From: Candidatus Omnitrophota bacterium
Lineage (GTDB): Bacteria > Omnitrophota > Gorgyraeia > Duberdicusellales > 4484-171
Direction of reading: 5' to 3'
Length of the DNA: 64,000 nt
NCBI GenBank assembly: GCA_043820815.1
Contig: JBDRDJ010000031.1
Coordinates: 36,015-100,014 of the forward strand
Part shown: positions 34,912-44,642 of the stretch, one piece after another
How positions within the stretch are numbered: position 1 is the stretch's first letter
How the letters are laid out: each line of letters starts with the position of its first letter
Position numbers and translations under genes: made by a program
Notes under the pieces: generated by a model
Database searches by the model: none
What the model was told of the DNA's origin: nothing
The model's input: only the letters and a program-made list of their open reading frames with translations

Positions 34912-36477
34912 TTAGTTCTTTATTTGAACGGGTCTTCCTTGATAGTTTTTTCGTATTATCCTGCGCCATATTAATTTTAATAATAGCTTAAAATAATTAG
35001 GGCCGGTTTTGCATATTTTAAAAGTTGAGAGGCCCATTATCGAAGAGCGATCCACCCAGGAAATGGGAACCTCATCCACACGATAACCAAGCAGCAAGGG
35101 CTTTAATCCTGTTTCAACATTTGCGGCAAAATCGTTTGACTCTATAATAATGCTTTTGGCAACGTGCCGGCGGAAAATTTTTAAGTTGTTAGACAAATCA
35201 CGAAACCGTTTCCCCAGAAAAATATTCGCTAGCATATGGAATGCCCGGTTAGCTATAATTTTTGTAAAGGCATAATTTACCAGCACGGAATTGCGGGAAA
35301 AACGCGACCCCACCGCCACATCGGCGCCGTTTTTAATTGCGTTGAACAAATCCCGCATTTCAGGGATTATATGCTGAAAATCACTGTCCATAATTACAAT
35401 GTATTCGCCTTTTGCCGCTTTTAAGCCATCTCTCAAGGCACGCCCCACGCCGTTAGGAGGCGCTCTTTTTATTACTTTTACCCTGTGGTCTTTTTGAGAT
35501 ATATCACTGGCAACAGAATAAGTCTTATCTGTTGAATTGTCATCAATTATTAATATTTCATAAACATACTTTCCGTAAAAGTTATTTATGTTTTCGATGA
35601 GCGGCCCGACATTCATCTCTTCGTTATGGCAAGGTATAACAAAGGAAACTCTGTCAAAAAATTCCTCATGTTCGCATAAATCGACAAAATTTGCTTTAAA
35701 GTCATCGGGCGCCGGGTTACGGGCCCAGATATAAAGAGATCCGGCAAAATTTCGCAAATAGGGCGTGTTTTCCATAATAATGCTCATATGCTGAGCCGGC
35801 CAAAGTAAAAATTTTGGCACCGGCGAATAAAGAAAATCATAAGGCAGGGTATTAATCTGGGTAAAGCCTATATCGGACAAAACAGAAAACATTTGCAAAC
35901 GGTTTAATGTAATCTGCTCAACGGGCCTCCTCCATTTAAGAGGGATTATAGTTTTTATAATTCTTCTAAGCCGGTAGTAAGGATTCCAAGGGTTAGGCTC
36001 AAATAAAAGTATGCCTCCTTTGGGCTTTAAAAGTTTTTTAACCATAATAAGGAATTCGCTGGTAAATTCGTTGTTTAGCATATGGTGAGAAATTATAAAA
36101 TCAAATTTGCCCCTTTTGGCTATGTCAAACAATTCATCCACATAATCAACATTTACATTAGCGTTTTGTAATAATGCGTCAATCTGTTTCTTGAACTTTA
36201 AAGAAAAAACACAGGCTGTTATATCACATTCTCCTCTGGTTACCCTCATAAGAGAAGCGGTAAATTTTCCGTTACCCGCCCCGATTTCAAGGATTTTTTG
36301 CCCGGGAAGAATATGAAAAAGATGGCGCATCATAGAAGAACGCCAATGCATTCTGTAATTTACAAAAGGATCAAAATTATTCCAGTATTCCACCCTGCGC
36401 CTTTCCTGTTCAGAAAGACAACTTATAAGAGCACAATCACGCGTTTCACTGAGAATTGCCGGCTTTAAAATACTCAT
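34912..36477 (-). CDS. Fusion protein: N-terminal class I SAM methyltransferase plus C-terminal Dpm1/ArnC-like GT2 (polyprenyl-phosphate glycosyltransferase type)
   Basis: 521 aa. The N-terminal part has ILEIGAGNGKFT. From ~aa 275 it reads VSFVIPCHNEEMNVGPLI...IIDDNSTDKT...IMDSDFQH. Confidence 0.8.
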   Translation of the reverse strand: MSILKPAILSETRDCALISCLSEQERRRVEYWNNFDPFVNYRMHWRSSMMRHLFHILPGQKILEIGAGNGKFTASLMRVTRGECDITACVFSLKFKKQIDALLQNANVNVDYVDELFDIAKRGKFDFIISHHMLNNEFTSEFLIMVKKLLKPKGGILLFEPNPWNPYYRLRRIIKTIIPLKWRRPVEQITLNRLQMFSVLSDIGFTQINTLPYDFLYSPVPKFLLWPAQHMSIIMENTPYLRNFAGSLYIWARNPAPDDFKANFVDLCEHEEFFDRVSFVIPCHNEEMNVGPLIENINNFYGKYVYEILIIDDNSTDKTYSVASDISQKDHRVKVIKRAPPNGVGRALRDGLKAAKGEYIVIMDSDFQHIIPEMRDLFNAIKNGADVAVGSRFSRNSVLVNYAFTKIIANRAFHMLANIFLGKRFRDLSNNLKIFRRHVAKSIIIESNDFAANVETGLKPLLLGYRVDEVPISWVDRSSIMGLSTFKICKTGPNYFKLLLKLIWRRIIRKNYQGRPVQIKN

Positions 36478-36491
36478 ACTAATCCTTTATA

Positions 36492-37283
36492 CTATTTATC
36501 GTTATTAATAGATTTGGCATATTTATTACCAAGATTTTTTGGCACGGCAATTCTTTTCTTAAGATAGTCCCCTCTTGAAAGCCACTTCTCAAGAAGGACA
36601 TAAAAAATAATAAACATATAGCGGCTTCCCATTTCTTTGATTTTGAATTTAGCGACGCCTTCGACTCTGCCATACCAATTTATAGGGACGGTTGCATACG
36701 TATAACCTCTTACGATTGCTTTTAAGGGCATCTCGACAGTTAAATTAAAATGGTGCGACAACAAAGGCTTAACTCCTTCTATAACTTCCCGCCGGTAACA
36801 TTTAAAGGCGTTTGTTATATCGTTGTTTCTAAGTCCTAATAAAAGCTTTATAAAAATATTTCCGGCCCGGTTAAAAATATACTTAATATACGGGTAGTTT
36901 ACGACTTTGGCTGATTTAACAAATCTTGAACCAAATACGCAATCATAGCCTTCTTCTAATTTCTTGTAATATTTAACAATATCTTTGGGTTCGTCAGAGC
37001 CGTCTGCCATAACAATAACAACGGCATCGCCCATATAAACCTCGAGGCCTCGCCTGACAGCTAACCCAAATCCGTGAGGCGGATGATTCCGAACATAGTT
37101 AATTCTCTTATCGTACTTTGCTATGTCCTGCATTGCTTCATAAGTCGAATCAGTTGAACCGTCATCAACCATAACTATCTCAAAATCAATATTCTCTGCG
37201 TGCAGCTCTTTAACAATGGCTAAAACTGTTTTTGTCAAAGAAGCCTCTTCATTGCGCGCTGGTATAACTACCGACAAAAGCAT
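36492..37283 (-). CDS. Dpm1/ArnC-like GT2 (polyprenyl-phosphate glycosyltransferase type)
   Basis: I chose the start at ATG 37283 (AAGGAG lies 6 nt upstream): MLLSVVIPARNEEASL...MVDDGSTDST...VMADGSD. The longer track ORF overlaps the upstream gene by 176 nt. Confidence 0.8.
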   Translation of the reverse strand: MLLSVVIPARNEEASLTKTVLAIVKELHAENIDFEIVMVDDGSTDSTYEAMQDIAKYDKRINYVRNHPPHGFGLAVRRGLEVYMGDAVVIVMADGSDEPKDIVKYYKKLEEGYDCVFGSRFVKSAKVVNYPYIKYIFNRAGNIFIKLLLGLRNNDITNAFKCYRREVIEGVKPLLSHHFNLTVEMPLKAIVRGYTYATVPINWYGRVEGVAKFKIKEMGSRYMFIIFYVLLEKWLSRGDYLKKRIAVPKNLGNKYAKSINNDK

Positions 37284-39351
37284 CCCCATCTCCTTTACAT
37301 TCCTTGAAAGCGGCTGGTTCACCGTCAAGGCCTGCCACCTTATCCTTTCCCCATTTTTCCCGGTAAGAATTAACAGCATGATTAACTGCTTCATTTCTAT
37401 TGAGTTTTTTATCAAATCCATCAATTAAGTTTTTAATAAAAAAACCGATTCTTTCGGAAGATCTTCCGTCTCTGAAAGGATCGACATCTTCAGGTATAAT
37501 CAATGGGGCTTTTCCCGCATTTAAATATTCCTTTATTTTACCCATGGCTTTCTCCAAATCATTAAAGACATAAGAATTTAAATTTCTTTTATAAAACGGG
37601 TGGCTTGAGAGATTTTGTAAATCGATAGTTATTGCAGGGACCCCTGAAAGAGCTGCCTCAATTGCCGGTGTTGAATAAACCCCAAAACCAACAACCAGAT
37701 CCGCGGCCTGGGCGGCTTCATTGGGAAAGGTATCTTTGTTTAAAAGAATGCAGCGGCCGGTTTTAAGAGCTTTCTTTGCTAAAAGCTCAAATTCTTTCAA
37801 TGCCGGCTGGCTCCAGAATTCTCCATTTTTCTTAGGCTTTGTGATAAGCCCGAATCTCGAGTCGTTTATGGCCTTATTTAAAAGAGCTTTATACACATCA
37901 GCGATTGCCTTATTGGCCTTTGGCCAATCATCAGAATAAGATTGATCAAAAAACGTAACGATGAACTGTGCTCCATTTTCTATTAATTGCCTGCGGTAGG
38001 GATGGGAACTATCTTTACAATTAGAAAAGAAGTTATCATAGGGGTATCCTGTGTAAACAAAATAATTTACATTGTAGAAATCTTTATTGAAGAAATTATT
38101 CTTATAATAAGACCCCCAGACAAAATATATGTCGTAAGGCTTTCCGATAGAAATCTCGGTATGGTCATAATTTGACCAGTGATGGCAGGCATCAATGCCT
38201 CCTGAACGTTCAATTGCGATATTCGAAGCCGTCATATCTATTCCTGTTTCATAAAGTCCGTAATGAACTTTAATGCCGTATATCTTAAAAAAAGACTCAT
38301 AAACGGCCGTTCTATTCGCTAAATCCGACAGGATATGCCACTGCCAGAATGAAATACGGCTTACTTTAAATAAACAATAAAAAAACGATTTTGTCATTCT
38401 ATATAAACAGAGAATCTGGTTCTTAACGAATAGGATGTGCGGCAGTTTGTAGAATTCAGGCGAGGTGCTCGTTGAACCTACCCGCGGCATCTTCCAGGGA
38501 AGCAAATTTACCCATTTCATGCCGTAGGATTCTATAAAATTTATGGTTTCTTTGGCCGGCGGCCAGCAGTCATACCTGAAATAAACTAAAATTTTAGAAG
38601 GGTCAATGCCTGAAGCAGGAAACCAGAAATAATCCGACCTTTTGCTTAAATCCGCGCCTTGAGCATGAAGAACAGCTATTTTAGGCTTGTTACCCTTGGC
38701 AGCCGGGATATTTTTCCCGGGTAAAAACATAAAAATCAGGTTTGCCGTAATTTCAATTGCTACCTTAAAAGGGATGAATAACCCTGAGGCTGTCCTTTTT
38801 ATGTCGGGATAACCCAAAACAAGATAAAACAGCCTGTGCCCGTAACCGGATAAATGTTTTTTCCATGGACTGCTTTTTATTATCAAAACATCCCGTAAAT
38901 CTTTCTGGTTATTTAAGTTTTCTTTTTCCCAGCGCATAAAATTACTCAAAATAAAAAAATCCTCAATATCCTTAGCGATTTCCTGTTTTAAGAATAAATC
39001 TATTTTTGATTTATTAAAAATGCCTGATATAATTCTGGCAAGCCAATCATTTTTTAAATACTGATTGCCAAAATCTATCGCGGCTTTTGATTTCTCGCGG
39101 TATGCTCTATGGTAAAGCTCTCTTTCATCGCAGGCAGACATTTCAGGTTCAATCCGGGATACATGTCTAAAATCAAACATTCTGTTAATCCCGCATATAC
39201 GGATTACAATCTCTGCACCTTTTGTTATTCGAATATATATTATTCTTTTATAACCGCGGCTAAAATGCAGCAAAATTATACACGCAAGCGAAATAACGCC
39301 AACGGTGTCTGCCCAGCATTGAAAAATACTTTCTTTTTCTCTCTCCATCAT
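37249..39351 (-). CDS. Orphan 700-aa protein with an N-terminal hydrophobic segment and a GT-B-like C-terminal part (KP in place of the HP motif)
   Basis: GLITKPKKNG...(about 45 aa)...LVVGFGVYSTPAIEAALSGVPAITID. I recognise no other family by eye. Confidence 0.35.
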   Translation of the reverse strand: MMEREKESIFQCWADTVGVISLACIILLHFSRGYKRIIYIRITKGAEIVIRICGINRMFDFRHVSRIEPEMSACDERELYHRAYREKSKAAIDFGNQYLKNDWLARIISGIFNKSKIDLFLKQEIAKDIEDFFILSNFMRWEKENLNNQKDLRDVLIIKSSPWKKHLSGYGHRLFYLVLGYPDIKRTASGLFIPFKVAIEITANLIFMFLPGKNIPAAKGNKPKIAVLHAQGADLSKRSDYFWFPASGIDPSKILVYFRYDCWPPAKETINFIESYGMKWVNLLPWKMPRVGSTSTSPEFYKLPHILFVKNQILCLYRMTKSFFYCLFKVSRISFWQWHILSDLANRTAVYESFFKIYGIKVHYGLYETGIDMTASNIAIERSGGIDACHHWSNYDHTEISIGKPYDIYFVWGSYYKNNFFNKDFYNVNYFVYTGYPYDNFFSNCKDSSHPYRRQLIENGAQFIVTFFDQSYSDDWPKANKAIADVYKALLNKAINDSRFGLITKPKKNGEFWSQPALKEFELLAKKALKTGRCILLNKDTFPNEAAQAADLVVGFGVYSTPAIEAALSGVPAITIDLQNLSSHPFYKRNLNSYVFNDLEKAMGKIKEYLNAGKAPLIIPEDVDPFRDGRSSERIGFFIKNLIDGFDKKLNRNEAVNHAVNSYREKWGKDKVAGLDGEPAAFKECKGDGDAFVGSYTSAQ

Positions 39352-40487
39352 ACCTTTATTAAATCCGGTTGCTTCAGCTTAAATTCCTTCTTTAATTCCC
39401 AGTAGCCTCTGACTTTCTCAAACAGATCCCTGTTGTAAAATTTATCAACGATATTGAAGAATTCCTCATGGCTGTAGCCGGCAAACTGCAAAAAGTCATC
39501 CAGAATTTTGTCGTCGAGCTTATGGTCATGCTCATTAATCAATTCCATCGCCTCTTTCTTTGTAACCCTACCGCTTCTTATCCAGTAACCAACAACATCC
39601 GTTGCGCGGGCAAATCCGAATTTTGGATACTTCATCCACGCATTAATAAGGTAGGCTATGGAATCAATTTGGTCATAATCTTCGATATAGCCTTCTCTCT
39701 TCCACTCATGTACTAAATCCTTAAAACCGTACATCTTTGCGATTTTATAATTCCGGTAACCGTCCCATGGAATAAAATAACTTAAGTATATGGGGTCTAA
39801 GTTTGACTCGTCAATTTCATGTTTAGTCGGGTACTTAAGCATATTTATTTCATTGTCGGCGATTCCATTCTTATACCAGAGGCCAAAATCAACTTTTTTT
39901 GCAACATCATTATTTATTTGATTGATAGCGCTATATGTTTCTTCTTGAAGCACTCCGCCATACTCCCATGATACATTTTCTCCGTAAACAACAAGAGGTA
40001 TTCTCATATTTATAGCCATACGTATTGGAAAACAGTAAATCGCCCTATCAACCGGCCAAGTCGGGCTGCCAAATTCTTCAAAAGCTATCTTTACCATTCT
40101 TTTAACCAAATCAGGGCTTAAATTAAAAGATATAAAATCGCAGTTAAAAGCTTGTGCAATATTCTTTGCATTGTGCATACCTGCTTTTGTTTTAGAAAAT
40201 GGGTCTCCTACTCCAATAAGTAAAGGGTTCATACCAAGAAGCTTTTTAAACACATACGCCTGAAAGTGGCTGTCTTTACCTCCGCTTACGGCAATAATGC
40301 TGTCATAGTATCCGTCTTTTCTCTTATATTTATTGCATAAATCTTTAAGCTCTTCGAATCTTTTATTATAATCTATAGTCTTTTTTTGCTCAGCACGCTG
40401 GCATGCCTGGCAGATACCTTGTTCATTTAATACCAGCCCGGGTTTTGTATCAGCCATCAAACAATTATTACATCGTTTCATTCTCAC
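39348..40487 (-). CDS. N-acetyl sugar amidotransferase (WbpG/PseA/LfnA type, PP-loop ATPase); forms acetamidino groups
   Basis: 379 aa with an N-terminal Cys4 ribbon (CNNC...CQAC) followed by the PP-loop IIAVSGGKDS. Confidence 0.8.
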   Translation of the reverse strand: MRMKRCNNCLMADTKPGLVLNEQGICQACQRAEQKKTIDYNKRFEELKDLCNKYKRKDGYYDSIIAVSGGKDSHFQAYVFKKLLGMNPLLIGVGDPFSKTKAGMHNAKNIAQAFNCDFISFNLSPDLVKRMVKIAFEEFGSPTWPVDRAIYCFPIRMAINMRIPLVVYGENVSWEYGGVLQEETYSAINQINNDVAKKVDFGLWYKNGIADNEINMLKYPTKHEIDESNLDPIYLSYFIPWDGYRNYKIAKMYGFKDLVHEWKREGYIEDYDQIDSIAYLINAWMKYPKFGFARATDVVGYWIRSGRVTKKEAMELINEHDHKLDDKILDDFLQFAGYSHEEFFNIVDKFYNRDLFEKVRGYWELKKEFKLKQPDLIKV

Positions 40488-40499
40488 CTCCTCTTTAAC

Positions 40500-41210
40500 T
40501 TATATTCTGACAATTTCTTCTCTTACTAATAACTCAATTAGTTTAAAATCAACTTCTCTGTCAATATCTGTTGCAGACTCATCTTTCATCTTGTAAACAT
40601 AGCATTTTCCCGAATAGGGTGTTTTGTTGTCAGGGTTTAATAAAAATTCTCTGCTGTAAACATAAAGCGATGCGTTCATATCATAAACTAAAGGGACATC
40701 CTGCCTTCTTGTAATATCCCGAACAAGACTTTTGCAAACTTTAACGCTTCCGTCTTTTTGCTCCTCAACCATGTTAAAATAAGGGTTTCTATGGGCTTTA
40801 ACTACGGAAAAAACACAATCGGCCTTTTTCTCTTTAAATAAGTTTACAATATTCTCTATATCCTCAACTGTCCTTATCGGGGCAGTTACATCTAAATCAA
40901 GAAGCGCGTCAAATTTCACACCGTAATATTTCTCTGCCTCTACATATGCATGCCTTAAGGCATCCATTTTATTTGATTTATCAGTTGCCAATTCCTGCGG
41001 CCTCATAAAGGGGACTTCTGCGCCATATTCTTTAGCAACAGAAGCAATCTCTTGAGAATCAGTTGATACAATAAATTTTTCGAATTTACCCCATCTTTTT
41101 AATTGCTCAATTGAACAAGCAATTAAAGGCTTTCCCAAAAGAGGCCTTATGTTTTTGTTTTTTACTCCTTTTGACCCGCCTCTTGCGGCAATTACAGCTA
41201 ATATCTTCAT
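40500..41210 (-). CDS. neuA: CMP-nonulosonic acid synthetase (acylneuraminate cytidylyltransferase family)
   Basis: 236 aa with ILAVIAARGGSKGVKNKNIRPLLGKPLI. Confidence 0.85.
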   Translation of the reverse strand: MKILAVIAARGGSKGVKNKNIRPLLGKPLIACSIEQLKRWGKFEKFIVSTDSQEIASVAKEYGAEVPFMRPQELATDKSNKMDALRHAYVEAEKYYGVKFDALLDLDVTAPIRTVEDIENIVNLFKEKKADCVFSVVKAHRNPYFNMVEEQKDGSVKVCKSLVRDITRRQDVPLVYDMNASLYVYSREFLLNPDNKTPYSGKCYVYKMKDESATDIDREVDFKLIELLVREEIVRI

Positions 41211-42166
41211 ATTCTTTGCTTAAGCCACTGGGTAGTTTTTTCTATTCCCTCTTTTAAACCTACTTTTGCCTGCCATCCTAATACTTTTTTCGCCTTATCC
41301 GATGATGCACGCATATGCATTATTTCCGCATGAAGATGATGGTGCTCAACAAACTTTACCGAAACTGCGTCTTCAGATATACTATCTGCTAAATCCTTAA
41401 TTCTTACCTCATTCCCTGATCCGGCATTGAAAATTTCACCGACCGCAGAATCAGACAAAGAAGCCTTTACAATAAAATCAGCGCAGTCTTCCACATAAAA
41501 AAAATCACGGCTCTGATTGCCGCTGCCGAATACTTCAAGCGGTTTTTCTTTTAATTTCCGGTCAATAAATATACTCATTACTCCGCCTTCTGAGTCATTT
41601 CTCTGCCAAGGTCCATATATGCTAAAAGGCCTTAAGATTACACAAGGAAGATCATAAGTTTTATGGTATGCAATTGTCATTTCTTCGCCAAAAATTTTAC
41701 TCGCCGTATAAGGGCAACTCGGATTTAATGGGTGAGTTTCAGCGATTTCTTCTTTATTCTTGGGTGTCTGGTAAATAAGCGCTGAACTTATAAAAACCAT
41801 CTTTGTTTTAGCTTTTCTACACTCTTCAAGCAGTAAAAAAGTACCGAGCACATTATCGTCGAAACACTTTCTAGGATTATCGATACTTTCCTGAACGTTT
41901 ATCGCTGCAGCCATATGTATGCAAATATCAAAATTGTTTTTAAAGGCTTGGGAGAGCGTATTCTTATCTTTAATGTCGTCTTTTATAAAACCCGATAATT
42001 TATTACTGAATTCTTTGATATTTTCCTCGGCACAATTAGAAAGATTATCCAAAATCCATACCTCATGCCCCTTTTCAAGGAGATTCTTACAAACCCACCT
42101 TCCCATGAAACCGCATCCGCCGGTAACTAAAATGTTTAGAGATAATTTTGAATTTTGATTTGTCAT
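41207..42166 (-). CDS. Extended SDR, NDP-sugar epimerase/dehydratase family
   Basis: 319 aa with ILVTGGCGFMGRWV and YTASKIFGE (YxxxK). Confidence 0.8.
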   Translation of the reverse strand: MTNQNSKLSLNILVTGGCGFMGRWVCKNLLEKGHEVWILDNLSNCAEENIKEFSNKLSGFIKDDIKDKNTLSQAFKNNFDICIHMAAAINVQESIDNPRKCFDDNVLGTFLLLEECRKAKTKMVFISSALIYQTPKNKEEIAETHPLNPSCPYTASKIFGEEMTIAYHKTYDLPCVILRPFSIYGPWQRNDSEGGVMSIFIDRKLKEKPLEVFGSGNQSRDFFYVEDCADFIVKASLSDSAVGEIFNAGSGNEVRIKDLADSISEDAVSVKFVEHHHLHAEIMHMRASSDKAKKVLGWQAKVGLKEGIEKTTQWLKQRI

Positions 42167-42197
42167 TTTAATTTTTGATATTTGATTTTTGATTTAT
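42128..42197 (-). repeat. Copy A of a ~70-nt duplicated segment (31-nt A-rich leader plus the first 13 codons of the SDR gene)
   Basis: Minus strand reads ATAAATCAAAAATCAAATATCAAAAATTAAA ATG ACA AAT CAA AAT TCA AAA TTA TCT CTA AAC ATT TTA. It is ~90 percent identical to 53978-54048. Confidence 0.85.
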
Positions 42198-42208
42198 TTA
42201 CGTTACCG

Positions 42209-43630
42209 TTACCCCTTGTATCCATAGTCCCACCAATTTACCGGCAGCCCGTACTTTTTCATTTTATCCTGAACCGCCTTAAAGGCTTTGGCTTTAAAAG
42301 CCTCTATTTCTTTAGTGCTTATATCATAAGGCTCACCGACACTGGTATTACAATCGTAAAGCTCCCAATTCTTATGAAAAATCTTATACCTGAATTTTTC
42401 TTGATTCTGAAATATAGCCGTTCCCGGATTGGGGGCTAAAAGATTAAATTCCGCCCGGGAGTTCTCGACAATAAGCTTAAAAGGCATAATATCTAGGAGG
42501 GCAGAGAAATTTCTTTTAACCACATCAAAGGTTGAATCACAGCACTTCAATGCAACATCTAATGTTTCTTTTAAGGTATCTTTGGTTTCACCGGGTAAGC
42601 CCAAAATAAAACCTCCGTGAAAAAGCATATCGTTCTTATTGAACATATCTGCGATTTCCAAAATCTTCCCGACTCTAAAACCGCGTTTATTAAGCCTAAG
42701 TACTTCGTCGGAACCTGATTCCATTCCTATATACAAATTGGTACAGCCTGAATCTTTTAATAATCTTAATATTTCCGGATTCAGGCTGTCGGGCCGGGTT
42801 GCGGCGCGAAACTGGCCTACTTTCTTATTTTTTACGGCTTTTAAAATCTTCTTGGTCCTTTCGGTATCCTTGCCCATAAACTCATCTTCATAGCGGATTT
42901 CAAGTTTAGGGTTTAACGATAAGGCGAGCTCTAATTCTTTTAATACATCTTCCACCCTGCGGTATCTTATGCCTTGGCCATGAAGCTGCGGCAATTCGCA
43001 AAAACTGCACTGATACGGGCACCCTCTGGTGCACGTTAAAACTACATATGCATAATTTCTCATATCTAGCATATCATAAGCGGGAACGGGTATTTCTTCT
43101 GGTTCAAGGCAAGCAGCAAAAGGGGTATCAACAATCTCATTCTCATCACGATAAGTTATCCCTTTTATATCGCTTAGCTTTTTACCTTCTGCTAAATCAA
43201 GCATAGGTTTCTCGCCTTCACCGCGCACAACAATATCTATCCAGGGACATTCATTTAAAGTCTCGTGTGCAGTAAACGTAACATGTATTCCGCCAATAAC
43301 AACCCTGATCTTCGGCAAAGCTTGTTTTACCGCTTTGGCTATTCTTGTAGCCGGAATATAGGATATAGTTGTAGATGTAATACCAACCACATCGGGATTT
43401 ATTTGTTTTACCCTGTTTTTGACAAATTCTTCTATCTCATTTAATGATCTTCGCAATAATGATGGTTTTTCATACTGAAGCTGTTTGGTATCTAAAACAC
43501 TGGCTTCAACGCCGGCATGACGTAAATAGGCAGCAATATACATAAGTCCTTTGGGAGGAAACTGTGTCAGCCAGTTTATATCCCAGGGCCTCTCAGGAAA
43601 CGGCGGGTCTATGAGTAATACTCTTTTCAC
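42209..43630 (-). CDS. Cobalamin-binding-domain (class B) radical SAM enzyme
   Basis: 473 aa with MKRVLLIDPP..., VVRGEGE and TRGCPYQCSFC. Confidence 0.85.
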   Translation of the reverse strand: MKRVLLIDPPFPERPWDINWLTQFPPKGLMYIAAYLRHAGVEASVLDTKQLQYEKPSLLRRSLNEIEEFVKNRVKQINPDVVGITSTTISYIPATRIAKAVKQALPKIRVVIGGIHVTFTAHETLNECPWIDIVVRGEGEKPMLDLAEGKKLSDIKGITYRDENEIVDTPFAACLEPEEIPVPAYDMLDMRNYAYVVLTCTRGCPYQCSFCELPQLHGQGIRYRRVEDVLKELELALSLNPKLEIRYEDEFMGKDTERTKKILKAVKNKKVGQFRAATRPDSLNPEILRLLKDSGCTNLYIGMESGSDEVLRLNKRGFRVGKILEIADMFNKNDMLFHGGFILGLPGETKDTLKETLDVALKCCDSTFDVVKRNFSALLDIMPFKLIVENSRAEFNLLAPNPGTAIFQNQEKFRYKIFHKNWELYDCNTSVGEPYDISTKEIEAFKAKAFKAVQDKMKKYGLPVNWWDYGYKG

Positions 43631-43640
43631 ATTAATCCTC

Positions 43641-44642
43641 TTAAGTTCTTTCGAGAAACTCTTTTATTTGTTTATCATTCATATGTTTACCCTGGCTTGA
43701 ATCTATAATAGGGCTCTTTATCCTGCTGATATTTTTATATTTGCGCCTTGCGTTTACATGGTCGATTAGAGGAAAAACCACATAAAGGTCATCCATCTCG
43801 GCTGCGCGATAAACTTCTTCTTCATCCATTATGTCTTCGTGTAATTTTTCGCCTTTTTCCCTGCCTATGGTAACCATATTAACCTTCCTGCCCTTGCCGT
43901 ACTTAGAACCCATACAACGGGCAAGGTCAATAACTTTTAAAGACCTCATTTTCCAAACAAAGGTTTCTCCCCCCCTTGCAAGCTCAACTGCCCGGCAAAT
44001 CAATTCAGTAGCCTCATCCATGGTAATAACAAAACGGGTCATCTTCTCGTCTGTAATCGTTAAAGGCTTACCGTTTTGGATTTGCCTTTTAAAAATGGGT
44101 ACCGCTGAACCGTTTGAACCGACAACATTGCCAAAACGCACTGATGCAAATATTGTCCTTTTATTTCCCTTGTAGAAGTTTGCCAAAGATATAAGCTTTT
44201 CTCCCAAAAGCTTAGTCATACCCATAACATTAGAAGGCCGTGCGGCTTTATCTGTGCTTGAGAAAATAACTTTTTTAACGTTTCCGTGCCTTGCAACATC
44301 AATAATGTTCTGAAGGCCGTCTATGTTTGTTTTTATTGCTTCGAAAGGGTTATATTCACAGGCATAAACATGCTTCATTGCCGCAAGATGAATTACTATA
44401 TCTACATTTTCCATGGCCAGCTTAAGCCTGTTTGAATCGCGGATATCGCCGATTAGATACCTTACTTTTTTTGCTTTTATTTTTCCTAAGTCGCTGCGCA
44501 TCTGAGCAACTTCATTTTCTGAAATATCCAATATGCGTATGGCCCGGGGGTTATAATCTAAAATCCTGTCTGTAAGCGCCCTGCCTACCGAACCTGCTCC
44601 TCCTGTTATCAATATCCTCTTTCCTTTAAATACATCTCTCAT
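43641..44642 (-). CDS. UDP-GlcNAc 4,6-dehydratase of the PseB/PglF/CapD type (first step of 2,4-diacetamido-sugar / legionaminic acid synthesis)
   Basis: I chose the start at ATG 44642, which has an ATGA overlap with the upstream stop and AAGGAG 9 nt upstream. The protein reads MRDVFKGKRILITGGAGSVGRAL, with the catalytic region MGMTKLLGE. Confidence 0.8.
   Translation of the reverse strand: MRDVFKGKRILITGGAGSVGRALTDRILDYNPRAIRILDISENEVAQMRSDLGKIKAKKVRYLIGDIRDSNRLKLAMENVDIVIHLAAMKHVYACEYNPFEAIKTNIDGLQNIIDVARHGNVKKVIFSSTDKAARPSNVMGMTKLLGEKLISLANFYKGNKRTIFASVRFGNVVGSNGSAVPIFKRQIQNGKPLTITDEKMTRFVITMDEATELICRAVELARGGETFVWKMRSLKVIDLARCMGSKYGKGRKVNMVTIGREKGEKLHEDIMDEEEVYRAAEMDDLYVVFPLIDHVNARRKYKNISRIKSPIIDSSQGKHMNDKQIKEFLERT

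Noticed and set aside
36479-36673. Short minus-strand ORFs nested in alternative frames of real genes (36479-36673, 4215-4487, 6804-7046, 51849-52076, 56907-57110)
   Set aside because: Each lies entirely inside a longer ORF with clear family motifs. None shows motifs or an RBS of its own.
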